Part shown: in pieces, positions 48,635 through 59,886 of the stretch
Layout of the letters: every line of letters begins with the position of its first letter
Numbering within the stretch: the first letter of the stretch is position 1
Assembly: GCA_965199855.1 (NCBI GenBank)
Contig: OZ241326.1
Span: 1,952,001-2,016,000, forward strand
Source: a bacterium
GTDB taxonomy: Bacteria; UBA8248
Direction: 5' to 3'
DNA: 64,000 nt
Position numbers and translations under genes: made by a program
Notes under the pieces: model-generated
Database searches by the model: none
The model's input: only the letters and a program-made list of their open reading frames with translations
What the model was told of the DNA's origin: nothing

Positions 48635-49591
48635 TCATTCGCCCAGTATTTTCCGGGCCGCGCTGTCCGGATCCAGCCTCCGCGCGGCGACGTCACTCAG
48701 GAGAGCGTCCAGTTCCCGCACGCTCTTTCCCCAGTCCCCCATCCGCTCCGCCGCCAGCTCCTTCATCACCTCCGAGATCGCGATGCGGGCGCGCTCGCGC
48801 CGCAGACGCCCGGCTTCCTCCGGGTTTTCGCGCAAAAAGGACATTCGCGCCTCGATCTGGCCGACCAGCTCCTCCACGCCCTCCCCCTCGATCGCTTCGG
48901 CCTTGATCACCGGCGGCCGCCAGACGCCCTCCTCGCCGGGATGATATTTGAAGTCCAGCATTTCCTCGATTTCCCTCACGGTCCGATCCGCGCCGTCGCG
49001 CTTCGCCTTGTTGACCACGAAAATATCGCCAATTTCCATGAGGCCCGCCTTCGCCGCCTGGACGTGGTCGCCGCCCCCGGGCGTCTGGAGCACGACGACC
49101 ACGTCCGCATACTGCATGACGTTCACTTCGCCCTGCCCCACGCCGACGGTCTCAATGATCACGACATCGCGGCCCATGGCGTCCATGACGCACAGGGCGT
49201 CTCCCGTCGCGCGCGCCAGCCCGCCCAGATGCTCCCTCGCGGCCATGCTTCGGATAAATACGCCGGGATCCGTATTGTGCCGGCCCATCCGGATGCGATC
49301 GCCCAGAATGGCGCCGCCCGTGAACGGACTCGTCGGGTCCACGGCGATGAGGCACACCTTCTCGTCCCGGGCGCGGAAATGGGCGATCAGCTGATCCGAG
49401 AGCGTGCTTTTGCCCGCTCCGGGAGGCCCCGTAATTCCGACGACCAAGCTGTTCCCGCCCTTTTGATAGAGTTCTTTCAAGAGGGGCCTCGCCTCCGGAT
49501 CTCCGTCTTCCGCCAGGGAGATGAGCATGGCCGCCGGCCGAACCATGCCGTCCAGTATCTGGGAGATTTCTATGCCGTGCGAAGCGTTCAT
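48635..49591 (-). CDS. meaB: MeaB/ArgK GTPase (B12 mutase chaperone)
   Basis: GITGPPGAGKST, VDPTSPFTGGAILGDRIRM, ETVGVGQ. Confidence 0.93.
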   Translation of the reverse strand: MNASHGIEISQILDGMVRPAAMLISLAEDGDPEARPLLKELYQKGGNSLVVGITGPPGAGKSTLSDQLIAHFRARDEKVCLIAVDPTSPFTGGAILGDRIRMGRHNTDPGVFIRSMAAREHLGGLARATGDALCVMDAMGRDVVIIETVGVGQGEVNVMQYADVVVVLQTPGGGDHVQAAKAGLMEIGDIFVVNKAKRDGADRTVREIEEMLDFKYHPGEEGVWRPPVIKAEAIEGEGVEELVGQIEARMSFLRENPEEAGRLRRERARIAISEVMKELAAERMGDWGKSVRELDALLSDVAARRLDPDSAARKILGE

Positions 49592-49634
49592 TTTCTTTTG
49601 CTGTCAATGATTTCCGAGGCGCGCATTCAAGTTT

Positions 49635-50816
49635 TTATTCATTCGGCGCGCGAGCCGTTTTCCAGGAATCGAACAGATAGCGGGAAATGAGATTTCGATG
49701 AACCTCGCTCGTTCCCTCTCCGATGGTGAACACCCGGGCGTCGCGCCAGAACAGCCCCGCGCGGGTTTCGCCGATGTATCCGTATCCCCCGTGCAGCTGG
49801 ATGCCCCGGTCGCATACCCGAAGACACGCCTCGGAGGCGAAAAGCTTGGCCATGGCCACTTCCGCCCTGTTGTCTTCCCCCCGATCCCGGAGTTTCGCCG
49901 CGTGAGCGACCATCTCGCGCGCCGCGGCGACCTCGATGGCGCTCTCGGCCATCATCCCGCGCGGCCCTGCGAGCTCCGAGACGGACTTGCCGAACGCCTC
50001 CCGCCCCTTCGCGTAGGCCGCGGCGGATTCGAGCGACGCCCGCGCGATTCCGACGCACATCGCGGCCAGAACGACTCTGCCGTCGTTCAGAACGCCTGCC
50101 GCCTGCCGCAGTCCGTCGCCGGCGTCTCCGATGAGGCGGTTTCGGGGAATTTCGCAGTTTTGGAAAAACACTTCCGCCAGACCCGAGGAAGCCATGCCCA
50201 GAGGCTTCTCGACAGGGACGCTTTTGCGGCCCGCGTCCTCTTTTTCGATCAAAAACGCGCTGATTTCGCTTTTCTCACCGGGCGCGCGAGCGAAGATGAT
50301 CATGCTCTCGAAACGGACGCCCTGCGTGACGAACATTTTCGAGCCGTTAATGAGCCAGGCGTCCTCCCGACGCGCCGCCTCGCACTCCAGGGCCGCCGCA
50401 TGGCTGCCGGCGATTCGCTCCGTGATCGCCCACGCGCCGATGGCGCCCCGCATGAGGGAGGGGAGCCATTTTTTCTTTTGCTCGTCGGTTCCGCAACGGA
50501 GCAAATGGCCGCCGCACAGGCCCGCCGAAACGCTTATCGTAAGGGCGAAACTCGCGTCGCCGCCGGCCAGTTCCTCCATGACGAGGCACTCATCGAACAG
50601 CCCGAGGCCCCGACCGCCCAGGTTTTCGGGGATTTTGACGCCGATGAATCCTTCCTGCGCGGCTTCTCCGTAGAGATCAAAGGGGAATTCGGCGCTTCGG
50701 TCGCGCTCCAGCGCGCCGGGAGCGAGCCGGCTCCTGGCGAACTCGCGGGCGGCCGCCTGAAGCGCGGCTTCCGCCTCCGTCAATTCCGGGCGCGCGGCGA
50801 CGGGCAAAGTCGTCAT
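49635..50816 (-). CDS. Acyl-CoA dehydrogenase
   Basis: INGSKMFVT, AMAKLFASE, QLHGGYGY, IGEGTSEV. Confidence 0.93.
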   Translation of the reverse strand: MTTLPVAARPELTEAEAALQAAAREFARSRLAPGALERDRSAEFPFDLYGEAAQEGFIGVKIPENLGGRGLGLFDECLVMEELAGGDASFALTISVSAGLCGGHLLRCGTDEQKKKWLPSLMRGAIGAWAITERIAGSHAAALECEAARREDAWLINGSKMFVTQGVRFESMIIFARAPGEKSEISAFLIEKEDAGRKSVPVEKPLGMASSGLAEVFFQNCEIPRNRLIGDAGDGLRQAAGVLNDGRVVLAAMCVGIARASLESAAAYAKGREAFGKSVSELAGPRGMMAESAIEVAAAREMVAHAAKLRDRGEDNRAEVAMAKLFASEACLRVCDRGIQLHGGYGYIGETRAGLFWRDARVFTIGEGTSEVHRNLISRYLFDSWKTARAPNE

Positions 50817-51802
50817 CCTTCGTTCGCCCGGAGCGCCGGGAGAATCTCCTCGCCCAGCAGCGTGAGGCGATGGGGGTTGACGTCGATGTCCGGGATGGTG
50901 AGCAGTATGTGGTTCACGCCCGCCCTGGGATATTCTCCGAGTCGGGCGGCGCAGTCGTCAGGCGTTCCGTAAATCGCTCCCGATTCGGGAATGACGCTCA
51001 GCCTCTCGCGGGCCGCTCTCGCCTTCGCCCTGTCTTTTTCGGGAATCAGCATGGCCATCAAGGAGGCGCGCACGGCGTCCGGGTCTCTTCCGCTCCTCTC
51101 GCATTCGGCCTCAATCGCGGGCCTCTTCTCCCGAAAACGCTCGGGCGTCCACCATCGGCAGTTGTAGCCGTCCGCTTGGCGCGCCGAGACGCCCAGAAGC
51201 TTCTCTCCTTCCCCGCCCGTCCAGATCGGCGGGTGGGGCTTCTGAACGGGCGGCGGCTGGCAAACGCCGTTTCGTATCTGAAAATATCCGCCCTCGAAAT
51301 CGGGGGAGTTTTTCGTCCACATGGCGCGAATCAGCTGAATGGCCTCCTCGAGCTGCTGAATCCTGACGGAGGCGCAGGGATACGGATACCCGAAAGCATG
51401 GTATTCACTTTCGATCCACCCCGCTCCGATCCCGAAGTCCACCCGCCCCTCGCTGATGACGTCGACGGTGGCCGCCATCTTCGCCAGCATCGCCGGCGGG
51501 CGATACCCCACGCACGTCACCAGCGTCCCCAGGCGAAGCGCGCGGGTGTCCCGCGCGAGGGCGGCGAGCGTCGTCCAGGGTTCGAGAATCGAGGTGTCCG
51601 CGGCCTGCTTTTCGTCGTCCTGGCTGCCGAACCCCGTCCGGCTGCCATAGGAGGCCGGATCGAGCGTCACGAAATGATCGCAATGCCAGAGGGAATGGAC
51701 GCCCATTCTCTCCGCTTCCTGCGCGATTTCCCGCAGTTTGCGATAGTCGCCGATATACAGGCCCTTGAGCGTCAGGGCCGCGATGACGCCGACTTCCACC
51801 AT
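50813..51802 (-). CDS. LLM-class flavin/F420-dependent oxidoreductase
   Basis: SLWHCDHF, EPWTTLAALA, LAKMAATVDVIS.GR, GIGAGW, PVQKPHPPIW.GG. Confidence 0.9.
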   Translation of the reverse strand: MVEVGVIAALTLKGLYIGDYRKLREIAQEAERMGVHSLWHCDHFVTLDPASYGSRTGFGSQDDEKQAADTSILEPWTTLAALARDTRALRLGTLVTCVGYRPPAMLAKMAATVDVISEGRVDFGIGAGWIESEYHAFGYPYPCASVRIQQLEEAIQLIRAMWTKNSPDFEGGYFQIRNGVCQPPPVQKPHPPIWTGGEGEKLLGVSARQADGYNCRWWTPERFREKRPAIEAECERSGRDPDAVRASLMAMLIPEKDRAKARAARERLSVIPESGAIYGTPDDCAARLGEYPRAGVNHILLTIPDIDVNPHRLTLLGEEILPALRANEG

Positions 51803-51912
51803 GCTGCGCCTCCAGCGAGGGGCGTCAAAGCGCCGCGAAATGCGTTCGTTCGCGTCCACCTTACCAGCAATGCGGACGGGAAACGACCCCGGCCTTTCCC
51901 GCTTCTCAGGCG

Positions 51913-52794
51913 CTACTTGCCCAGCACGACGCCGAAAGCTCCCAGAACTGACAGGACGCCGCCCGCGACGACGCGCCAGCCCACCGCCTCCTGTTTTCTG
52001 AAAAACAGCCATGAGAGAAAGATAATCAACAGCACGGAGAGGCGATTCAGGGGAATGAGCTGAACGATGTCTCCCGTCTTGATGGACGACCAGAAGCAAA
52101 AAGCGGCCAGGGCGTTCAGGCACGAGCCGCCGAAAACGGCGAGGAGTCCCTTCCGCTCCCAAGACGCCGGTCTTCGCCCGTCCACGGAGAAGGGCAAAAC
52201 GGACAGCATGAAGAAAAGCGCCGTCATGCTGCCGATCGTCATCCCCAGGGAGGCGGATTTGATCACCTGGAGACCGAATTTTCCGAAAAGGTGCGTCATA
52301 GCGAACAGAACGGCCGTGCCCAGGGGCGCGAGGTAGTAATGCAGGGGAATGCGCCTTTGAATCTCCCCCCTTTCATAGACGAGAAGAATCGAACCCGCCA
52401 TGATGGCCAGCGTGCCCGCGGCGATGAGCCACGTCATGCGCTCGCCCGCGAAGGTCACCGCGAACAGCGACGCCCACACCAAGCTCGTCTGGGTGACGAT
52501 GGAGGAGCGCGCCAGCCCTACCAGCTTCATGCCGACGAGGCTCAGGTATCGGCCGACGCACGAGCCGGAAACGCCCATGGCCAGAAACCAGAGGACGCCT
52601 TCAAGCGGCCAGCGCGCCGCCCCGCCCTCCAGAAGATAGAAGGCGGAGCCGAAGCATATCTGCACGGCGGCCATGACGACGTTCATCACGACGGGGCTCA
52701 GCCGCGCCACGCCGACGCGGTAGAGCGTGCGCGCGCAGGCTATGAAGCAGGCGGCGATGAGCGCCAGGACGTTGGGATGGATGAAGTCGAGCAA
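51913..52794 (-). CDS. DMT/EamA family transporter (paralog B)
   Basis: About 10 TM segments in two EamA halves; highly similar to the neighbouring gene. Confidence 0.85.
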   Translation of the reverse strand: MLDFIHPNVLALIAACFIACARTLYRVGVARLSPVVMNVVMAAVQICFGSAFYLLEGGAARWPLEGVLWFLAMGVSGSCVGRYLSLVGMKLVGLARSSIVTQTSLVWASLFAVTFAGERMTWLIAAGTLAIMAGSILLVYERGEIQRRIPLHYYLAPLGTAVLFAMTHLFGKFGLQVIKSASLGMTIGSMTALFFMLSVLPFSVDGRRPASWERKGLLAVFGGSCLNALAAFCFWSSIKTGDIVQLIPLNRLSVLLIIFLSWLFFRKQEAVGWRVVAGGVLSVLGAFGVVLGK

Positions 52795-52797
52795 CGC

Positions 52798-53685
52798 CTA
52801 TTTCCCCGCCACGATGACGAAGGCGCCCAGAAGCGCCAGGCATCCGCCGAGGACGACGCGCCAGGTCACGTTCTCCTGACGCCTGAACAGCAGCCAGGAG
52901 AGAAAAATGATCAGCAGGACGGAGAGGCGGGTCAATGGGATGACGCGGGTGATCTCGCCGAGCTTCACCGAGGACCAGAAGAAGAAAATGGCGCAGCCCT
53001 GAAAGGCGGCGCCCAGCAGAAGGACAAGAAGCCCCTTTCCGTTCCCCGACCCGCCTGGAGCCGCCCTCTCCCGCGCGAAGGGCAGCATTCCCAGCAGGAG
53101 CGCCAGCGAGGTCGTGTTGGCGACCGCCATCCCGAAGGCGGAGGAGGAAATCCACTCGAACGCGAATTTTCCCACCAGATGGGCGAAGGCGTACATCACC
53201 GCCGAGGCGATGGGGATCAGATAATAGAGAAGCGGAACCCTGCGGCCGACGTCTCCTTTGGGGTCATAGACGAGCATACTCGCCCCGCACATGACGCCCG
53301 CGATGCCGAGCGCCTTCTGGAGCGTCATTCGCTCCCCCAGGATGAAAACGGCCAGCAACGAAGCCCATACCAGGACGGTCTGACTCATCACCGCCGCGCG
53401 CGCCAGCCCCGTCCAGCGGATGGCGATGAAATTGATGTATCGCCCCGAGAAACTCCCGAAGAAGCCCATCGCCATGAACCACAGCACGCCCTGCCAGGGC
53501 GTCCGTCCGGGCGCGCCCTCCAGCCAGCAGAAAATCCAGCCCAGGGACGCCGTCACGCAGCCCATGAGCAGATTGGCCGTGTGCATTTTCATCCGCGCGA
53601 TCGCGTAGCGCTGCGAGACGCGGGCGAAGGCGATGAGCGCGGCCGAGCAAAGAGCCAGGACGTTGGGATGGATGGCGTCAAGCAA
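52798..53685 (-). CDS. DMT/EamA family transporter (paralog A)
   Basis: About 10 TM segments; LDxIHPNVLAL start shared with paralog B. Confidence 0.85.
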   Translation of the reverse strand: MLDAIHPNVLALCSAALIAFARVSQRYAIARMKMHTANLLMGCVTASLGWIFCWLEGAPGRTPWQGVLWFMAMGFFGSFSGRYINFIAIRWTGLARAAVMSQTVLVWASLLAVFILGERMTLQKALGIAGVMCGASMLVYDPKGDVGRRVPLLYYLIPIASAVMYAFAHLVGKFAFEWISSSAFGMAVANTTSLALLLGMLPFARERAAPGGSGNGKGLLVLLLGAAFQGCAIFFFWSSVKLGEITRVIPLTRLSVLLIIFLSWLLFRRQENVTWRVVLGGCLALLGAFVIVAGK

Positions 53686-54168
53686 AGCGTCAGCCTCTCA
53701 CGCGAAATTCACGCGCGCCGGCCGCGCCTGCGGGAGCGGCGTCCCGCGAACCGCGCCTGCAAAGCCGATGCGGACGGCATGATAAAGCCTGAATCTTGGC
53801 ATGGAGGATTTCGGACAAGAAATTTCCTAACCGGCAGTGTGTAGAGGAACAATTATGGCATGGAACCCCCTCCTTGCGACAGACTCACGCGCCCCGAAGC
53901 GCAAAAACGCCGCAATCTTTGGCATGAAGGCGAAAGCGCGCGGCGGACCGCGCACTCTTATGGCGGCGCAGGGGAGGCCCGACAGTTCATCCGAAAGAAG
54001 GCGGAAGGCCGCGTTTCCGAGAGGAGCGGGGCGCGTCCAGAAAGTCCGCATCGCCCCCCGCGGCGCGGAAAGGAAGAAGGATGATTCAGGGGCGAAGACG
54101 CCGCGTCAACTCAGGGGGTGGAATGCGCCCCTGGCCGTCACGGGAAAACGAAATTTCAGGGGAGGCGC

Positions 54169-54648
54169 CTATATCTCGTCCAGCTTCTTGTCGACGGCTT
54201 TGGGACCCCGGTAGCCCGGAAAATTCTCTACATAGGGGCAATCTTCCGGCAAGCCCCCCATTTCGATGATTTCGGCCCCGATGGGCATGCACATCGGCTC
54301 TTTCTCGAAGCGTTCGGCATAGACGCGGCATTGGTTCGTCTCGAGGTCGAGATAGGCGCACGCGCTCGCGAGCAGAAGAAGCCCTTTCCCCTCCCACACC
54401 TTGTCATAGCAACACTTCCCGCAGCCGTTGCAAAGCGCCTCCCATTCAGGGGTGCCCGCGGGCGGCAGGTTCTCATCCATCCATCTCTGAATCTCGTCTA
54501 TGCGGCGCTCCCTGGCCGTCCTGTAGATGGGCATGATTTCGGGAGCGTCCCGCTTGCGGGGCGCGAGTTCGCGTGACTTCGCATCCAAACCGCCCCGCCC
54601 GCGCTTTCTTTTCCTGGGACTGGCTCGCAGACGCGCCTCGGAGGCCAT
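54169..54648 (-). CDS. YcgN/UPF0260 cysteine-cluster protein (start could be 54534)
   Basis: WEALCNGCGKCC, AC.YLD....C.VY..R, LPEDCPY. Confidence 0.85.
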   Translation of the reverse strand: MASEARLRASPRKRKRGRGGLDAKSRELAPRKRDAPEIMPIYRTARERRIDEIQRWMDENLPPAGTPEWEALCNGCGKCCYDKVWEGKGLLLLASACAYLDLETNQCRVYAERFEKEPMCMPIGAEIIEMGGLPEDCPYVENFPGYRGPKAVDKKLDEI

Positions 54649-54651
54649 GCG

Positions 54652-55440
54652 TCAACGATCCCGGAACCCGGCGGCGCGCTTTTCGATGAACGCCCGAAGC
54701 CCTTCCTGCGAATCCTCGGTGCTGTTCACCAAGCCGAATTTCTCGGTTTCGAGCGCCAGCCCCGCATCAAGACCGGCCTCGCTCCCTCCATGCGCCGCCT
54801 CCAGGATGAATTCGAGGGCGGGGCGGCTTTTGGAGGCCAGTTTCCGCGCGAGCGCCCTCGCCTCGGCCATCAGGGCGTCCGGCTCGCAGACCTTGTTCAC
54901 CAGACCGATGCGAAAAGCCTCCTCGGCGCTTATCGCCTCGCCCGTCATCAATATCTCCAGGGCGCGCCCCATTCCGACGAGCCGGGGCAGGCGCTGGGTG
55001 CCGCCGTAGCCGGGGATGATTCCCAGGTTGATTTCCGGCTGGCCGAACTGCGCGTTCGCCGACGCCAAACGAATCGAACACGCCATCGCCACCTCGCAAC
55101 CGCCCCCGAGAGCGAATCCGTTGACCGCCGCAATCGTAGGCTTTCCAATGGTTTCCAGATCCCGAAGAATCCTCGTGCCGCGCTCCGAGAGCCCACGCGC
55201 CTCAATGGGGCTCCGGCCCGCCATACCCTTGATGTCCGCGCCGGCGATGAAGGCGCGCTCGCCCGCGCCCGTCAATATCAATACTTTCAGCGCGTTATCA
55301 TCCCTGAATTCAGAAATGACGCGAGCCAGTTCGTCCATCGTATCCGTGTTCAGGGCGTTCAGCGCCTCGGGACGATTGAATACGCACGTGGCGACACGCT
55401 CACCCGCATCAGATTCATAGATTAAGTTTTTGTAATTCAA
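54652..55440 (-). CDS. Enoyl-CoA hydratase (crotonase)
   Basis: [43 protein letters not shown]. Confidence 0.94.
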   Translation of the reverse strand: MNYKNLIYESDAGERVATCVFNRPEALNALNTDTMDELARVISEFRDDNALKVLILTGAGERAFIAGADIKGMAGRSPIEARGLSERGTRILRDLETIGKPTIAAVNGFALGGGCEVAMACSIRLASANAQFGQPEINLGIIPGYGGTQRLPRLVGMGRALEILMTGEAISAEEAFRIGLVNKVCEPDALMAEARALARKLASKSRPALEFILEAAHGGSEAGLDAGLALETEKFGLVNSTEDSQEGLRAFIEKRAAGFRDR

Positions 55441-55626
55441 ATGGTTATCATCCTATTCCTTGAAATTTCTTAAAAAACGAAAGTTATGGAAAACACCGCT
55501 TTGGGGCGATGATATGGTTCCCCCTCATTCAGGCGAAAGCCTGAATCCAGTGTTTCCCCTCGGATCTCTAGTTGCGGCTTTCGGCACAATGACGGTGAAA
55601 GCCACTTCTTTCCCCCACCTCCGGCG

Positions 55627-56817
55627 TCAGTCTCCATACGCCTCCACGACGATCGAAAGCCCCATGCCGCCGCCGATGCACGCCCCCGCCAGGCCGTATT
55701 TGCCGCCCCGGCGGCGCAACTCGCGCAGAATCGTGAGCGTGAGCCGCGCTCCGCTCGCCCCCACCGGATGGCCGATGGCGATGGCGCCGCCGTTCACGTT
55801 CGTCTTCTCGCGATCCAGCCCCAGCTCCTTCTCCACCGCCAGATACTGAGCGGAGAACGCCTCGTTGATCTCGATCAGGTCCATGTCGTCGAGCTCGAGG
55901 CCCGCCTTGTCGAGCGCGATGCGGCTGCTCTGCGCGGGGCCGATGCCCATGATCTTCGGGTCGCACCCCGACACCCCCCAGGAGACCAGCCGTCCGATGG
56001 GCTCGCGCCCGAGGCGCTCGGCCGCCGCCCGCGAGGAGATTACCAGCGCGGCCGCCCCGTCGTTGATGCCGCTCGCGTTGCCGGCCGTCACCACGCCGTC
56101 CTCCTTGAACACGGGACGAAGCCGGGCAAGGGATTCCGCGTCCGAATCCGGCCGGGGGTGCTCGTCGCGCTCGAAGAGAGTCGTTTTTTTCCGCTCCTTC
56201 ACCTCGACGGGGAAGCACTCCTCCGCCAGCCTCCCGCTTTCCCAAGCGTCATGCGCCCGCGCCTGGCTGAGCGCCGCGAACTCGTCCACGCCCTCTCGAT
56301 GCAGGTCGTATTTTTCGGCCAGATTCTCCGCCGTGACGCCCATCGGCACGTTGGCCTGCGTGTCGGTGAGCGCCATGTAGAGCGAGTCCTCCATCGGCGC
56401 CTCGAACAGTTTGATGCCGGTTCTCGAATTCCTGATGACGTGGGGGGTGAGGCTCATGTTCTCGGCTCCCACGGCGAGCACCACTTCGGCGTCCTCGGTC
56501 ATGATTTCCTTCGCCCCGCTCACGACCGCCTGAAAGCCCGAGGCGCACATGCGGTTCACGCAGTAGCCGGGCCTGTCCTGCGGAACGCCCGCCGCCAAGG
56601 CGACGTGGCGACCAATATAGACGCCGTCCGAGTTCGACTGGATGACGTTGCCCACCACGGTGTGGTCGATGTCCTCAGGAGAGACGCCCGCGCGCGTCAT
56701 CGCCTCCTTCGCCGCCAGGGTCCCCAGCCGCGTGGCCGACATCTCCTTCAAAGAGCCGAGAAACCCGCCGAACGGCGTCCGCGCGCCGCCCAGAAAAACA
56801 ACGTCCTTGTCCGACAT
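55627..56817 (-). CDS. Acetyl-CoA acyltransferase (thiolase)
   Basis: [26 protein letters not shown]. Confidence 0.95.
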   Translation of the reverse strand: MSDKDVVFLGGARTPFGGFLGSLKEMSATRLGTLAAKEAMTRAGVSPEDIDHTVVGNVIQSNSDGVYIGRHVALAAGVPQDRPGYCVNRMCASGFQAVVSGAKEIMTEDAEVVLAVGAENMSLTPHVIRNSRTGIKLFEAPMEDSLYMALTDTQANVPMGVTAENLAEKYDLHREGVDEFAALSQARAHDAWESGRLAEECFPVEVKERKKTTLFERDEHPRPDSDAESLARLRPVFKEDGVVTAGNASGINDGAAALVISSRAAAERLGREPIGRLVSWGVSGCDPKIMGIGPAQSSRIALDKAGLELDDMDLIEINEAFSAQYLAVEKELGLDREKTNVNGGAIAIGHPVGASGARLTLTILRELRRRGGKYGLAGACIGGGMGLSIVVEAYGD

Positions 56818-56997
56818 TCTCCCGCGCCCTCCCGCTTCGTTTGTCAGGAAACGAAATTTTCAATTTTATTCTTCCATACCCCACCATACCGCCCAGACGG
56901 AGCGACGCGCAAGGTTCATCCTCTGTCGCCCGTCCCCCAAAGGCTGTTTTCAGGCGAAGACACTTTCTCTTCCGAAACACTCGTATTCGACGATTCC

Positions 56998-58056
56998 TCA
57001 TCGCATCCACGAAAGCGGGGTTTCGGCGTCTCCGCGAAGTCTTCTCGCCGCGTCTTTGGCGAAATAGGTGAGGATGATGTCCGCCCCCGCCCGCTTGATG
57101 GAGGTGAGCATTTCGAGAAACGCGCGCTCGGGGTCGAGCCATCCGTTTCGGGTGGCCGCCGCCAGCATGGCGAACTCACCCGAAACGTTGTAGGCGGCAA
57201 CGGGAAGATCCGACGCCTCGCGCGCTTTGGCGATGACGTCGAGATAGACGAGCGCGGGCTTCACCATGACGATGTCCGCTCCCTCCTCGACGTCGAACCT
57301 GATCTCGCGCGTAGCCTCGCGCGCGTTGGCCGGGTCCATCTGATACGAGCTCCTGTCGCCGAAGGCGGGCGCGCTCTCCGCCGCCTCGCGGAAGGGGCCG
57401 TAGTAGGCGCTCGAGAATTTCGCCGAATAGGCCATGACGGGCGTCTGGGCAAATCCGCCCGCGTCGAGCGCCGCGCGAATCGCGCCCACGCGGCCGTCCA
57501 TCATGTCCGAGGGAGCGATGATATCGGCGCCCGCCTCCGCGTGGCTCACCGCCGTCTTCTCTAGAAGCGCGAGCGTCGGGTCGTTCAGAATCTTGTCGTC
57601 TTCGATGACGCCGCAATGGCCGTGATCCATATATTCGCAAAGGCAGACGTCCGTGATGACGCACAAATCGGGCCAGGCGCTTTTCAAGGCTCGCGCCGCG
57701 CTCTGGACGACGCCGTCTTCCGCGTAGGCCTGGCTGGCGCGCTCGTCCTTGTGATCGGGAATCCCGAACAGGGTGACGCCCGGAATGTCGAGGGCGGCGA
57801 TTTCCGCACAGTCGGCAACCAGCTGATCGACGGAGAGCTGGAATTGTCCAGGCATCGAGGAAATTTCCCGCCGGACGTTCTCCCCTTCGACCACGAACAT
57901 AGGGTAGATGAGATCATCGACCGAGAGGCGCGTCTCGCGCACCATGCGCCGCATGGCAGCCGTCGCCCGCGTGCGCCGCGTCCGGTTCCTCACCTCGCTC
58001 CTGATCGTCGAGAGGCCGGAGATTTCTTCGGAGGTGAGGTCATAAGCGTCTCGCAT
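56998..58056 (-). CDS. hemB: Porphobilinogen synthase
   Basis: [39 protein letters not shown]; start position uncertain. Confidence 0.96.
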   Translation of the reverse strand: MRDAYDLTSEEISGLSTIRSEVRNRTRRTRATAAMRRMVRETRLSVDDLIYPMFVVEGENVRREISSMPGQFQLSVDQLVADCAEIAALDIPGVTLFGIPDHKDERASQAYAEDGVVQSAARALKSAWPDLCVITDVCLCEYMDHGHCGVIEDDKILNDPTLALLEKTAVSHAEAGADIIAPSDMMDGRVGAIRAALDAGGFAQTPVMAYSAKFSSAYYGPFREAAESAPAFGDRSSYQMDPANAREATREIRFDVEEGADIVMVKPALVYLDVIAKAREASDLPVAAYNVSGEFAMLAAATRNGWLDPERAFLEMLTSIKRAGADIILTYFAKDAARRLRGDAETPLSWMR

Positions 58057-58115
58057 AGGTTGCGCTATCCTTTCCCTGAATGGCGAGGCGGAATCGATTC
58101 CGGAATCTTGGGGCT

Positions 58116-58967
58116 TTACGCTCCGCACCCGGCGCGCCGCTCTCCCCGCTCCGACTCCCGATAAAAGGAGATAATGGCGCGCGTCATACCCGAAATCGTG
58201 GACTCGACCGCTTCCACGTCGGGCGCGACGTCCCATTTCCGCGCCGCGGCGGTGGTTGCCGGGCCGATGGACGCCACGCGCGCGCGCCTCATCCATTTTC
58301 TTGCTCTCTCCTCGCCCGCCGCTCTCACGAAGGCGTTCAACGCGGAGGGGCTGGCGAACGTCAGCATATCAATTTTTCCGGTCTCAATCTCCCCGAAAGC
58401 ATCGCGCAGCGCCTCGCGCCCCACGGGCGTCGTCCGGTAGGCGGGCGCGTCGTCCACCAGGGCGCCCATTTCGAGCAGTGCCCTGGGAACGGCGTCGCGC
58501 CCTTCCTGCGCCCTGGGCAGGAGAACCCGCCTGCCCGCCATTTTCTCACCTTCGAGAAGCGCGACGACGCCTTCAGCCTCGTATTTTTTCGCCACTTTCG
58601 AGGGAGCTCTTCGCAGATGTCTCTCCATCGCTGCCGCCGTCGCTGGACCGATGGCCAGAAGCGGCGTTTTCGCGGGAAGCGTTTCAGGGCCGACGCCCAG
58701 GCTTTTGAGCCTTTTCGCCAGATATTTCGGGCTATTCGCGCTCGTGAAGATAACCCAGTCATACGCCTGAATCTCGCGTATTGCGGCGTCCAGCGGCGCC
58801 CAATCCTCCGGCCCGCATATTCGAATAGTCGGCGCAATCACCGCGCGCGCGCCCAGGCCTTCCAGCGTTTCGCCCATGCGCGCGGCGCCCTTTCCGGGGC
58901 GCGTCACGAGGATTCGCCTGCCCGCTAGCGGGCGCGCGTCAGCTCCCCGGCTCCAGGCGCCGCTCAT
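58116..58967 (-). CDS. hemD: Uroporphyrinogen-III synthase
   Basis: [28 protein letters not shown]. Confidence 0.9.
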   Translation of the reverse strand: MSGAWSRGADARPLAGRRILVTRPGKGAARMGETLEGLGARAVIAPTIRICGPEDWAPLDAAIREIQAYDWVIFTSANSPKYLAKRLKSLGVGPETLPAKTPLLAIGPATAAAMERHLRRAPSKVAKKYEAEGVVALLEGEKMAGRRVLLPRAQEGRDAVPRALLEMGALVDDAPAYRTTPVGREALRDAFGEIETGKIDMLTFASPSALNAFVRAAGEERARKWMRRARVASIGPATTAAARKWDVAPDVEAVESTISGMTRAIISFYRESERGERRAGCGA

Positions 58968-59884
58968 CGCGCGGATCTCAGTATCTCCGCCCCTCCGCGC
59001 GTGAGAACGTCCTCGGCCAGATCATCCGCCAGCCGCATGGCGTCCTCAGGCCTCCCCGCTCTCTTCTTTTCCACCATCCGCGCGCCGTCAACGCTCGCAA
59101 GACGCGCCGCGATGTGAAACGCCCCCTTGCGCATCTCGGCGAAAACGGCCAAGGGTAACCTGCACCCCCCCTCGAGGCGCGCCATGACGACGCGCTCCGC
59201 CGAAACGGCCAATCTCGTCGTCTGATGATCCATCCCACGGACGAGTTTGCGGGCGGCGGCATCTCCACTCCTTATCTCGATCGCAAGAGCGCCCTGCCCC
59301 GGGGCCGGCAACATGATCTCGGGCGCGAGCGACTCGGTCGCCCGCTCCTCCAGTCCAAGCCGCTTCAAGCCCGCCAAGGCCAGGATGGCGCCATCCACCT
59401 CGCCCGACGCCACCTTTTCGAGCCGCGTATCCACATTTCCGCGCAGAGGCTCGATTTCGAGGTCGCCGCGAAACCGCCTGAGCTGGGCGACTCTCCTCAA
59501 ACTGCCCGTGCCGATTCTGGCGCCCGGCGCCAGACCGCAAATCGATTCCCCGCCCCGCGACACGAGCGCGTCCCAAGGCTCCTCCCTGCGGGGGATCGCG
59601 CCCAGCGCGAGGCCTTCGGGCAGTTCGCCCGGCAAGTCCTTAAGACTGTGGACAGCGGCGTCGATTTCGCCCCTCAGCAGGGCGTCCTCGATCTCCTTGA
59701 CGAAAAGGCCCTTGTCGCCCAGCGCGTGAATCGGGGAGGACAGCATCGCGTCTCCCCGCGTGCGGATGGCGACTTCCTCCACATCGAGGCCCGGGTTCAA
59801 ACTCCGCAACGACGCGGCCGCCTGCGCCGTCTGCGCGCGCGCCAGCGCGCTGCCCCGCGTGCCGAGGCGCAGCCGTTCGCTCAT
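58964..59884 (-). CDS. hemC: Hydroxymethylbilane synthase
   Basis: GTRGSALA, KGLFVKEIE, VHSLKD, RGNVDTRL, LEGGC. Confidence 0.96.
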   Translation of the reverse strand: MSERLRLGTRGSALARAQTAQAAASLRSLNPGLDVEEVAIRTRGDAMLSSPIHALGDKGLFVKEIEDALLRGEIDAAVHSLKDLPGELPEGLALGAIPRREEPWDALVSRGGESICGLAPGARIGTGSLRRVAQLRRFRGDLEIEPLRGNVDTRLEKVASGEVDGAILALAGLKRLGLEERATESLAPEIMLPAPGQGALAIEIRSGDAAARKLVRGMDHQTTRLAVSAERVVMARLEGGCRLPLAVFAEMRKGAFHIAARLASVDGARMVEKKRAGRPEDAMRLADDLAEDVLTRGGAEILRSAR

Positions 59885-59886
59885 TT

